Of a DNA stretch of 64,000 bases, positions 17,653 through 26,029 are shown one piece after another (the stretch's first letter is position 1; every line of letters starts with the position of its first letter). Position numbers and translations under genes: made by a program. The DNA is from Acidobacteriota bacterium (GTDB lineage: Bacteria > Acidobacteriota > Vicinamibacteria > Vicinamibacterales > UBA8438), in contig JAPOVI010000309.1 of NCBI GenBank assembly GCA_026708265.1, positions 12,949 to 76,948 of the forward strand. Reading direction: 5' to 3'. Below the pieces are notes generated by a model. It saw nothing but the letters and a program-made list of their open reading frames with translations. It was not told where the DNA came from and made no database searches.

Positions 17653-18081
17653 TCACGCGCCGGCCGGGGCCGTGGTCAGCATCGCATCGAGCTTCTCCCG
17701 CAACCCGTCCGGAATCGGCGCCGTCTTGCCGGTCGCGTAGTCGAACACCGCCTGGACCGACCGCCCGCGCGCCGCGAGCGCGTCGTCCCGGACGCGATGG
17801 GCGTCGAACTGGCTGGTGAAGCTGCGGCGGCCGATTCCGACGACGGACGCGCGGATCTCGACCTCGTCACCGAAGACGAGCTGCGCCTTGTAGTCGCAGG
17901 AGGTGTGCGCGAGGATCAGGCTGACGCCTGCCTCGTCGAGGACGCGGCGCCATCCGAGCGTCTCGCCCATCACGATCCGCGCCTGCTCGAAGTAGGTCAG
18001 GTAGACGGCGTTGTTGACGTGCCGGAACGAATCGCAGTCGCGGAACCGCACCTCGATGCGGTGAGCGAAGACCGGGGGCAC
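17653..18081 (-). CDS. acyl-CoA thioesterase, 4HBT/YbgC-like hotdog fold
   Basis: HRIEVRFRDCDSFRHVNNAVYLTYFEQAR is the classic YbgC/4HBT N-terminal motif. Confidence 0.85.
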   Translation of the reverse strand: MPPVFAHRIEVRFRDCDSFRHVNNAVYLTYFEQARIVMGETLGWRRVLDEAGVSLILAHTSCDYKAQLVFGDEVEIRASVVGIGRRSFTSQFDAHRVRDDALAARGRSVQAVFDYATGKTAPIPDGLREKLDAMLTTAPAGA

Positions 18082-18218
18082 GCGGCATTGTAGCGCCTCC
18101 CGCCGCGGCCGACTGCGGCAGAGCGCCGCACGGAACGGGCCTCAGGCTGCGCAGGCATGGCCGCCGGACGGACGCTGCCGGCCTCGGCCGTCGCGGTCGG
18201 AGGCGCCGGACGGCACGC

Positions 18219-19616
18219 TCAGCCGAGGGCGCCGACCTCGCGGTAGAGGGCCGCCGAGGCGATGATGCCGTGGTGGAAGTTGCCGAGGTCCAGCTTCTCG
18301 TTCGGGGCGTGCGCGTTCTCGTCCGGCAGACCGACGCCGAAGAGGACCGACGGGAGGCCGAGCACCTCCTGGAACGTCGCGACGACCGGGATCGACCCGC
18401 CCTCCCGGTTGAACACCGGCGTGCGTCCGAAGCCCCGCTCGATGGCGCGTCCGGCCGCCTGCACGAACCGGTTGTCGAAGGCGGTCATCCACGGACGGCC
18501 GGCGTGCATGCGCTGCACCTCGACCTCGACCGACTTCGGCGCGACCTTCCGGACGTGGGCCTCGAACAGCTCGGCGATCTTCACCGGGTCCTGATCGGGG
18601 ACGAGCCGCATGCTCACCTTGGCCATCGCCACGGCCGGGATGACGGTCTTGGCGCCGTCGCCCGTGAACCCGGAGAGCAGCCCGTTGACCTCGAAGGTCG
18701 GACGCCCCCAGAGACGCTCCAGCGTGGTGTAGCCGGTCTCGCCCGCGAGCTTCGGGGCTCCGATCTCGCGCCGATAGCGCCGCTCGTCGAACGGGAGCTT
18801 CGCGAACTCCGCCCGCTCCGCGTCGGTGAGCGGACGCACGTCGTCGTAGAAGCCGGGGATCCGGACCCGCCCGCTGCGGTCCTTCATCTGGTTGAGGATC
18901 TGCGCGAGCACGAACGCGGGGTTGGCGACCGCGCCCCCGAACGAGCCGGAGTGCAGGTCGCCGCTGGTGCCGCGGAGGTCGATCTGGCAGTAGGTGATCC
19001 CCCGCAACCCGTAGCAGATCGAGGGCACGCCCCGATCGAACATCGGGGTGTCGGATATGACCACGACATCGGCGGCGAGATCCGCCGCGTGGTCGCGAAC
19101 GAACCCCTCGAGGTGCTTGCTGCCGACCTCCTCCTCGCCCTCGAGGATGACTTTCAGGTTGACCGGCAACCGGCCGGTCTGCGACAGGCAAGCCTCGATG
19201 GCCTTCACGTGCATGAAGACCTGTCCCTTGTCGTCCGCGGCGCCGCGCGCGTAGATCTCGCCCTGCCGGACGGTGGCCTCGAACGGCGGGCTCTCCCACA
19301 AGTCGACCGGGTCGACCGGCTGCACGTCGTAGTGCCCGTAGAAGAGGATCGTCGGCGCGCCGTCCGCGTGCAGCCAGTCGCCGTAGACGACGGGATTCCC
19401 GGGGGTCTCGATCTGCCGCACGTTCTCGAGCCCCGCCCGGGACAGCGCCGCGGCCGTCCACTCCGCGCAGCGCGCCACGTCCTCGGCGTGGTCGGGCAGC
19501 GCGCTGATGCTCGGAATGGCCAGGTACTCCTTCAACTCGTCGACGTAGCGATCCCGGTTGGCGTTGACGAAGTCGATGACCTGGTCGAGAGACGCGTCGT
19601 TCGTGCGGTCTGTCAT
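18219..19616 (-). CDS. M20 family dipeptidase
   Basis: ORF trimmed to ATG 19616 (MTDRTNDASLDQVIDFVNANRDRYVDELKEYLAIPSIS). FYGHYDVQP, RGAADDKGQ and ILEGEEEVGS are M20 metal-binding motifs. Confidence 0.85.
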   Translation of the reverse strand: MTDRTNDASLDQVIDFVNANRDRYVDELKEYLAIPSISALPDHAEDVARCAEWTAAALSRAGLENVRQIETPGNPVVYGDWLHADGAPTILFYGHYDVQPVDPVDLWESPPFEATVRQGEIYARGAADDKGQVFMHVKAIEACLSQTGRLPVNLKVILEGEEEVGSKHLEGFVRDHAADLAADVVVISDTPMFDRGVPSICYGLRGITYCQIDLRGTSGDLHSGSFGGAVANPAFVLAQILNQMKDRSGRVRIPGFYDDVRPLTDAERAEFAKLPFDERRYRREIGAPKLAGETGYTTLERLWGRPTFEVNGLLSGFTGDGAKTVIPAVAMAKVSMRLVPDQDPVKIAELFEAHVRKVAPKSVEVEVQRMHAGRPWMTAFDNRFVQAAGRAIERGFGRTPVFNREGGSIPVVATFQEVLGLPSVLFGVGLPDENAHAPNEKLDLGNFHHGIIASAALYREVGALG

Positions 19617-19648
19617 CCCTTGATTGTACCGAACGGTATGATGATGCG

Positions 19649-20668
19649 ATGCGGCGGCAGGGCATCGGCGCGTGGCTGGTCGCGGCCGGCCTGCTCGCGG
19701 GTTGCGGCGCATCCGGCACGGAGATGGCGGCGGGCGGCACGGGTGCCGAGAGGAGCGTCCCGGCCGCCGGGGCCGCCGGGGCCGCCACGGCGGCCGTGGA
19801 GAGCGGCCAGACGCCGGCGCCGGCGGGCCGCACGCGCGTGGTGCTGCTCGGCACCGGCACCCCGGGCGCCGAACCCGACCGCTCCGGGCCGGCGACCGCG
19901 ATTGTCGTCGACGACACGCCCTACCTGATCGATTTCGGCCCCGGCGTCGTGCGCCGCGCCACCGCCGCGTTCGTGAACGGCGTCGACGGCCTGCGCGTCC
20001 AGAACCTGCGCCTCGCGTTCCTGACGCACCTCCATTCCGATCACACCGCGGGATACCCGGACCTGATCCTCACTCCGTGGGTACTCGGGCGCCGGGCGCC
20101 GCTGCACGTCTATGGACCGCCCGGACTCACGGCGATGTCCGAGAACCTCCTCGAGGCCTACCGCGAGGACGTCCGGGTGCGCGTCGGCGGAGCGGAGAGG
20201 CTCGATCCGACCGGCGTGCGGGTGGTGCCGCACGAGATCACGGAGGCGCGCGGCGTGGTGTACCAGGACGACCTGGTCTCGGTGGAGGCGTTCGCCGTCC
20301 CCCACGGCACCTGGGAGCACGCCTTCGGCTACAAGTTCGTCACCGTCGACCGGACCGTGGTGGTGTCGGGCGACACCGGGCCGTTCGACGGGCTGGTCGA
20401 GATCGCCCGCGACGCGGACGTCCTGTTGCACGAGGCGTACACCTCGGCCGCCTTCTACCGCCGCAATCTGGGAACGCGCCGCTATCACGGCACGTTTCAC
20501 ACGTCGGCGACGAAGGTGGGCGAGATCGCGGCGCGGGCCAACGTCGGCATGGTGGTCCTCTACCACCAGCTCCACCTGGCCGGCGACTCGCCCGAGCAGA
20601 TGGTCGCCGAGGTCCGTACGCAGTTCGACGGACCGGTGTTCTACGGCCGCGATCTGGAGGTGTACTGA
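19649..20668 (+). CDS. MBL-fold metallo-hydrolase (RNase Z/ElaC-like), lipoprotein-type signal
   Basis: LLAGCG lipobox. VVLLGTGTPGAEPDRSG, LTHLHSDHTAGYPDL and SGDTGP are also present. Confidence 0.8.
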   Translation: MRRQGIGAWLVAAGLLAGCGASGTEMAAGGTGAERSVPAAGAAGAATAAVESGQTPAPAGRTRVVLLGTGTPGAEPDRSGPATAIVVDDTPYLIDFGPGVVRRATAAFVNGVDGLRVQNLRLAFLTHLHSDHTAGYPDLILTPWVLGRRAPLHVYGPPGLTAMSENLLEAYREDVRVRVGGAERLDPTGVRVVPHEITEARGVVYQDDLVSVEAFAVPHGTWEHAFGYKFVTVDRTVVVSGDTGPFDGLVEIARDADVLLHEAYTSAAFYRRNLGTRRYHGTFHTSATKVGEIAARANVGMVVLYHQLHLAGDSPEQMVAEVRTQFDGPVFYGRDLEVY

Positions 20669-20764
20669 CGACGGTCGGCGCCGCGCCGAGGAGTGCAACC
20701 GGCGACGCCGCGTCCGTTCGGAAGGGTCGGCCAGGCAGGTCGGCACTCGCAGGGAGACACGATC

Positions 20765-21778
20765 ATGAATACGCGCGCTCTCGTGAACGCTCTGAGCGTG
20801 GTCGCCATCGCCGCCGGGGGTGACGTGCTCGTGGGCATCGGTGCGGAGAGCCCCGCCGCGGGGCCAGCCGCCCAGTCCGGGACGGCGAACGAGGTGCACG
20901 GCGGCGACGCCTCCTACGTGCCGACGCGGATCAACAAGGCGATCGAGCTCCTCGCGCAGGACCAGCCGATCTACTACACGCAGGTCAACGACGGCGGCTA
21001 CGACGAAGGCAAGGCGCTGGCCGATACCTGGGCCGACTACATCACCTACAACATGGAGCACAGCCCGTTCGACATGAACGCGCTGCGCGCCTTCATGCAG
21101 GGCCTGGTCGACGGCGGGCCGACCCGGAGCGGGCACCGGACGCCGGCCGTCGTCGCCGTGCTCCCCTTCGGCGGCATCAACGAGCAGGTCATGTGGGCGA
21201 ACTACTGGATGGTCGAGCAGGTGCTCGGCACCGGCGTCCACGGCGTGCTCCTCGCGCACGCGCGGTCGCCGGACGTGGTCCGGGTGCTCGTCCAGGCCGC
21301 CCGCTACCCCCACGCCCCGGAGGCGGCCGGCGTGGACGAAGGCCTGCGGGGGAACGGCGGGCAGGGCTTCGCGGCCCGCATCTGGGGCCTCACGAACGCC
21401 GAGTACCAGCGCCGCGCCGACGCCTGGCCGCTCAATCCCGAGGGGGAGATCCTGATCGGCCTCAAGATCGAGGATCGGCACGCGCTCCAGAACGCCGAGG
21501 CGAGCGCGGCCGTCCCGGGCGTCGGCTTCGCCGAGTGGGGGCCGGGCGACATGAGCCTGTCGTTCAACGTCAGCCGCGCCGACGCGCCGCAGTTGCTGGC
21601 CGACGCGCGCGCCCGGGTGCTCGCGGCGACGAAGCGGGCCGGGATTCCGTTCCTGAACCGGGTGCGAGCCGACGACATCGAGCAGATGATCGACGAGGGG
21701 GTGCGGATCGGCTCGAACCCCGGGGCCGAGGTCGCCGATCACGGTCGGCGGTACACGAACCGCAGGATGCCGTGGTAG
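20765..21778 (+). CDS. HpcH/HpaI aldolase/citrate-lyase family protein with signal-like N-terminus
   Basis: ATG 20765 after GGGAGA. NMEHSPFD, LIGLKIEDRHALQNAEASAAVPGVGFAEWGPGDMSLS and IPFLNRV resemble the HpcH/HpaI aldolase fold. This is a family-level call only. Confidence 0.6.
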   Translation: MNTRALVNALSVVAIAAGGDVLVGIGAESPAAGPAAQSGTANEVHGGDASYVPTRINKAIELLAQDQPIYYTQVNDGGYDEGKALADTWADYITYNMEHSPFDMNALRAFMQGLVDGGPTRSGHRTPAVVAVLPFGGINEQVMWANYWMVEQVLGTGVHGVLLAHARSPDVVRVLVQAARYPHAPEAAGVDEGLRGNGGQGFAARIWGLTNAEYQRRADAWPLNPEGEILIGLKIEDRHALQNAEASAAVPGVGFAEWGPGDMSLSFNVSRADAPQLLADARARVLAATKRAGIPFLNRVRADDIEQMIDEGVRIGSNPGAEVADHGRRYTNRRMPW

Positions 21779-21797
21779 GGCGGAAGGGACGGCGCAG

Positions 21798-23717
21798 TTG
21801 CACCTCCTCCCCTTCGGCTTCCGACGCCGCGCGCGCTGGGCGGCGCTCGTCTCGGCGGCAGGATTGATGGCCTGCGGCGCTCCCGCCCCGCCGGACGAGG
21901 CGGCGACCGCTTCCGACCGGCGCGATCACCACTCCTACGCGAACCCGGAGGCCGTGCGGGTCACGCACGTCGAGCTCGACCTCGAGGTCTCGTTCGCGGA
22001 TCGGACGCTTCGCGGGTCCGCCATGCTCTCGTTCGAGCGGGTCGAGCCGGACGCCGGGTCGCTCGTCCTCGACACGCGTGATCTGCACATCGACGGCGTC
22101 GAAGCCTGGTCGCCGAACGGAGGGTTCGAGGCCACCACCTACGTGGTCGGCGACGCCGATCCGATCCTCGGGGCGCCGTTGCGCGTCGAGCTCCTGCCGG
22201 CCGCGACGCGCGTCCGCGTCACCTACCGCACCAGCCCCGAGGCCTCGGCGCTGCAGTGGCTGGACCCGGGGCAGACGGCCGGCGGGCAGCACCCGTTCCT
22301 GTTCACGCAGTCACAGGCGATACACGCCCGGAGCTGGATCCCGCTCCAGGACAGCCCCGGCGTACGAGTGACCTACGGCGCCCGGCTGCGGACGCCGCCC
22401 GGACTGCGCGCGGTCATGAGCGCCGCCAACGATCCGGACGCGCCGGCGGACGGCGACTACCGGCTCGACATGCGGCAGTCGATCCCGTCCTATCTCATCG
22501 CCCTTGCCGTCGGCGACCTTGCGTTCGCGCCGCTCGGCCCGCGCGCCGGCGTCTACGCCGAGCCGTCGGTGATCGACGCGGCCGCCGCGGAGTTCGCCGA
22601 CACGGAGGCGATGATGGCGGCCACCGAACGGCTCTACGGGCCGTACCGCTGGGACCGCTACGATCTGCTGGTGCTGCCGCCGAGCTTCCCGTTCGGCGGC
22701 ATGGAGAACCCCCGCCTGACCTTCGCCACGCCGACCATCCTGGCCGGCGACCGGAGCCTCGTCTCGCTGGTCGCTCACGAGCTCGCCCACTCCTGGTCCG
22801 GCAACCTGGTGACGAACGCCACGTGGCGGGACTTCTGGCTGAACGAGGGCGTGACGACCTACATCGAGCGCCGCATCGTCGAGGAGGTGTTCGGGACGCG
22901 GCGAGCGGAGATGGAGGCCGTGCTCGGCCGCGACGTTCTGCTGGCGGAGCTCGACCGGCTCGACGACCCCGACGAGCTGCTGCACGTCGACCTGGCCGGC
23001 CGGGACCCCGACGAAGGGATGACGCAGGTGCCCTACGAGAAGGGCGCCCTGCTGCTGCGGCACCTGGAGGAGCAGGCCGGGCGGGCGCGCTTCGACGAGT
23101 TCCTCCGCGGCTACTTCGATCACTTCGCCTTCCGCAGCATCACGACCGCGGACTTCCTGGCATACGCAAGCGAGCACCTGGGGGGCGACGATCCTCGCGC
23201 CGGGGCGCCCGTCCGGCTGGAGGCGTGGATCGACCAGCCCGGGCTGCCGGCGGATGCTCCGCAGCCGGCATCGGACGCGTTCGCGGAGGTCGAGCGGCAG
23301 GCCGCGGCATGGAGCGTGGGAAGGCGACGGGCCGGCGAGCTCGAAACCGGCTCGTGGAGCACGCAGGAGTGGCTCCACTTCCTGAGCGTGGCTTCCGCCG
23401 ATCTGAGTGCGGAGCGGATGGCGGCCCTCGATGCCGCCTTCGGGCTCACGGGGTCGGGCAACGCCGAGATCGCCCACCAGTGGCTGCTGGCGGCGATCCG
23501 CGCCGGCTATGGGCGCGCCGACGACCGTCTGGACCGGTACCTCGTCGGCATCGGCCGCCGCAAGCTCATTGCCCCGCTCTACGAGGCACTGTCGGCGACC
23601 CCGAGTGGGCGCGAGCGAGCCCTCGGCATCTATCGCCGGGCGCGACCCGGCTACCATCCCATCTCGGTCGACGCCATCGACGCCATCCTGGGCTGGGACG
23701 AGCGCAATCCGGGGTAG
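21798..23717 (+). CDS. M1 family metallopeptidase (leukotriene A4 hydrolase-like), lipoprotein signal
   Basis: FPFGGMENP (GxMEN) and HELAHSWSGNLVTNATWRDFWLNEGVTTY (HExxH-x18-E). LMACG lipobox. TTG start as listed in the track. Confidence 0.9.
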   Translation: MHLLPFGFRRRARWAALVSAAGLMACGAPAPPDEAATASDRRDHHSYANPEAVRVTHVELDLEVSFADRTLRGSAMLSFERVEPDAGSLVLDTRDLHIDGVEAWSPNGGFEATTYVVGDADPILGAPLRVELLPAATRVRVTYRTSPEASALQWLDPGQTAGGQHPFLFTQSQAIHARSWIPLQDSPGVRVTYGARLRTPPGLRAVMSAANDPDAPADGDYRLDMRQSIPSYLIALAVGDLAFAPLGPRAGVYAEPSVIDAAAAEFADTEAMMAATERLYGPYRWDRYDLLVLPPSFPFGGMENPRLTFATPTILAGDRSLVSLVAHELAHSWSGNLVTNATWRDFWLNEGVTTYIERRIVEEVFGTRRAEMEAVLGRDVLLAELDRLDDPDELLHVDLAGRDPDEGMTQVPYEKGALLLRHLEEQAGRARFDEFLRGYFDHFAFRSITTADFLAYASEHLGGDDPRAGAPVRLEAWIDQPGLPADAPQPASDAFAEVERQAAAWSVGRRRAGELETGSWSTQEWLHFLSVASADLSAERMAALDAAFGLTGSGNAEIAHQWLLAAIRAGYGRADDRLDRYLVGIGRRKLIAPLYEALSATPSGRERALGIYRRARPGYHPISVDAIDAILGWDERNPG

Positions 23718-23764
23718 CACAGCCAGCGACGCAGTACTCGTGCCGTGGCGTTCCGGAGCGCGAG

Positions 23765-23865
23765 CTCCTCGCCCGCCATTCGTTGCCTGAAGGCTCCGCC
23801 TGGCCCAGCCAACCCTCCAGGAGTCGTCACCGTTCTACGGAGCAGACTCCTCGCCCGCCATTCGT
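23765..23865. repeat. 19-nt exact direct repeat, two copies 82 bp apart
   Basis: CTCCTCGCCCGCCATTCGT occurs at 23765-23783 and 23847-23865. Each copy is preceded by a short GGAGC...(G)CTCC palindrome. The repeats are intergenic, upstream of hsp20. Confidence 0.6.
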
Positions 23866-24027
23866 CGCCGCGACCGCAAGGTCGCGCTGCGGCCTCCGGC
23901 GGCGCTTGCCATGCCCGGCACCGCCGGCCTGCCACGGCGGCGGCTCGCCCGACGCATTCACTGGGGCTTGGAACATTCCTCAGCGCAACTGCGTAAGGTA
24001 AAGGTGAGTGTAAGCCAGTTAGATTAC

Positions 24028-24056
24028 TTGACTTCACAAATGGGACCGTCTAACAT
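24028..24056 (+). promoter_or_regulatory. sigma70-like promoter of hsp20
   Basis: TTGACT (24028-24033), a 17-nt spacer, then TAACAT (24051-24056), inside a short AT-rich patch about 47 nt upstream of the ATG. Confidence 0.5.
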
Positions 24057-24102
24057 CGGAATCAGCCGCGGCCGTCCGGCCCGGCAGAAGGAGGAACGGA
24101 GG

Positions 24103-24555
24103 ATGTTGAGCCTGACCCGTTGGAGCCCGCTGGCGGAGATGAACACCCTGCATCGCGATCTGGAGCGCGCGTTCGGCCTCTCGTGGGACCACTTCCCGGC
24201 GGAGCGCGACCGCGCCTGGGTCCCGGCCACCGAGGTCACGTCGGACGGCGGCGGCTGGAAGATGCGGATGGCCCTGCCCGGCATCGACCCCAAGGACGTT
24301 CACGTCGACCTGCACCGCGACGTCCTGACGATCGCGGGAGAGCGGACCCTGCAGCGCGAGGAGCAGACCGAGCAGCACCTCTCGGAGTTCGGCTACGGCC
24401 GCTTCGAGCGCAGCTTCACGCTGCCGGATCACGTCGACACCGACCGCGTCGGTGCGACGTTCGAGCACGGGATGCTCGAGATCACGCTGCCGGTGGCCGA
24501 GGCGGCGAAGCCCCGGCGCATCGAGATCTCCGGCGCGGCCTCGCCGACCGCGTAA
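24103..24555 (+). CDS. Hsp20/alpha-crystallin small heat-shock protein
   Basis: ATG 24103 after AAGGAGGAACGGAGG. VPATEVTSDGGGWKMRMALPGIDPKDVHVDLHRDVLTIAGER...GRFERSFTLPDHVDTDRVGATFEHGMLEITLP is a canonical alpha-crystallin domain. Confidence 0.9.
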   Translation: MLSLTRWSPLAEMNTLHRDLERAFGLSWDHFPAERDRAWVPATEVTSDGGGWKMRMALPGIDPKDVHVDLHRDVLTIAGERTLQREEQTEQHLSEFGYGRFERSFTLPDHVDTDRVGATFEHGMLEITLPVAEAAKPRRIEISGAASPTA

Positions 24556-24583
24556 AGGGCCGCGCGCCCTGGCGGGCGCGTCG

Positions 24584-24635
24584 GGAGTCTGCGCGCGCGC
24601 GACTCTTGCGTCGCGGGCTCTGCGGCGCAGACTCC
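24584..24635. terminator. nested inverted repeat downstream of hsp20
   Basis: GGAGTCTGCGC (24584-24594) pairs with GCGCAGACTCC (24625-24635). An inner CGCGAC-TCTTGC-GTCGCG stem is present. No U-tract. Confidence 0.45.
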
Positions 24636-24716
24636 TACCGTTCGGTGGACGGGCGCCGGCTGCCAGGCCGGCGCCCGTCGCGTCTGCGCCAACCGTAGGG
24701 TGGAGGAAGGCTGGAC

Positions 24717-24974
24717 ATGCGGCAGCTCATCTACGTTCGCACGTTGCACATCTGGGTGGAACCCGGGGCCGAACGGTCCCGGCGCATCGCGCCGTCGCAG
24801 TTCGGACGCGAGGCGACACGGATACCGGAGCCGCGCAACATCACGCCACGGATGGCGTCACGGCGCATCCCGGTGCGGGTGCGCGGCGAGAGCTGGATGG
24901 ACCGGGCGCACCGCGCGATGGGCCGGCTCGGCCTTCGCGCCAGCGCGTGGCTGCGGAACGTCGCGAGGCCGTAA
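24717..24974 (+). CDS. hypothetical small Arg-rich protein (weak call)
   Basis: ATG preceded by GGAGGAAGG at suitable spacing, with G/C-rich third codon positions. No recognisable motif. Confidence 0.3.
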   Translation: MRQLIYVRTLHIWVEPGAERSRRIAPSQFGREATRIPEPRNITPRMASRRIPVRVRGESWMDRAHRAMGRLGLRASAWLRNVARP

Positions 24975-24985
24975 GGGGCTTCGCG

Positions 24986-25246
24986 CTACTCACCCTGCTG
25001 GAGCGCCTTCTCGGCTTCCTGTCGAGCGCGCTCCTCTTCCTCGAAGAACTCGCGCTGCCAGTCGGGCGGGGCCTGCGGGCCGGCGACCATGCCGACGAGG
25101 TCCGGGTCGTGGTCGCTGGGCCGTGGCGGCGCCTCCGCGCGCCGAGCCCGCGTTTCGGCCCGGCGGGCTTCCTTCATCTTGGCACGTTCGTGCCGGGCCC
25201 GCTCCCGTTGCCGCTTGGTCTGTGTCGGTCGTCCTCGGTTTGCCAT
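24986..25246 (-). CDS. hypothetical small basic/acidic protein
   Basis: ATG 25246 after GGAGG. MANRGRPTQTKRQRERARHERAKMKEARR...EFFEEEERARQEAEKALQQGE. No family recognised. Confidence 0.45.
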   Translation of the reverse strand: MANRGRPTQTKRQRERARHERAKMKEARRAETRARRAEAPPRPSDHDPDLVGMVAGPQAPPDWQREFFEEEERARQEAEKALQQGE

Positions 25247-25420
25247 TGGCGCCTCCGTTGTCCGGTGTCGGGTAGGGCGCGCGCCAGCGCCACACGGAAC
25301 ACACCATTCTAGCAACTACCGCCGCCAACCCGTCGCAGGCTCCGGGTCGGCCCCAGCCCCCACCGTCCTGGGAGCCGGCGCCGCGGCACGCACTCCGTTG
25401 GGGTTCTCCGGCGCAGACTC

Positions 25421-26029
25421 CTAGAGTCCGAGGTCCGCGGCCAGCCGGTCGATGAACTCCACCGCCGGCCGCGGGGTCTCGTAGGCCGACAATACGCGAT
25501 TGCCCTGGTAGTCGACGTCGCGGATCCCGAGGGGGCTGGTGTAGTACGCGTCGACCGTCATGCGACGCACCCAGACGAAGAAGCGCACGCCCGCCTCGAG
25601 ATCGTCCCCGGCGCCGCCCCGCTCGGCATCGACGAGCGCATCGAGCATCGCGGTCTGTCGCTCGGCCGGGACGCTGACGAACGCTCCGCCGGCCCGGCGG
25701 CCCATCGCCCCGTCCAGCCAGGCGAGGCCGTCGCGGTAGATCTCGGCGAGCCGCTCGTTCTCGCTGCAGAGCAGGTCGATGAACTCCGGCGCGCCCGCGT
25801 CCACCGCACTTCCACCGCCTCCGTCGGCCGGCACCACCAGCTCCGCGAGCCGCGCCACCGTGGCGAACTCGTGCGCGGTCAGGAAGCGGGGCGCATAGCC
25901 GCCCGGTTGGGCGCGCTCTCCCGCCACGAAGGCGTGCACGACCTTCGCAGCCTCCAGGTTGAACCCGCCCGCCGCGGACGTCGCGGCGAGGGCGAGTTGC
26001 CGGAGCACGTCCCGGCGCGACAGGCTCAC
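25421..26029 (-). CDS. gluconate 2-dehydrogenase subunit 3 family protein (small Tat-signal subunit)
   Basis: GTG 26029 overlaps the GMC gene stop (GTGA). SLSRRDVLRQLALAATSAAGG is a Tat leader. FLTAHEFATVARLAELVVPAD and RMTVDAYYTSPLG are family motifs. Confidence 0.8.
   Translation of the reverse strand: MSLSRRDVLRQLALAATSAAGGFNLEAAKVVHAFVAGERAQPGGYAPRFLTAHEFATVARLAELVVPADGGGGSAVDAGAPEFIDLLCSENERLAEIYRDGLAWLDGAMGRRAGGAFVSVPAERQTAMLDALVDAERGGAGDDLEAGVRFFVWVRRMTVDAYYTSPLGIRDVDYQGNRVLSAYETPRPAVEFIDRLAADLGL

Noticed and set aside
23718-24102. CIRCE (TTAGCACTC-N9-GAGTGCTAA) or HAIR (CTTGAGT-N7-ACTCAAG) heat-shock operators upstream of hsp20
   Set aside because: No reasonable match to either consensus was found by eye. 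Only the 19-nt direct repeats and a sigma70-like promoter are present.
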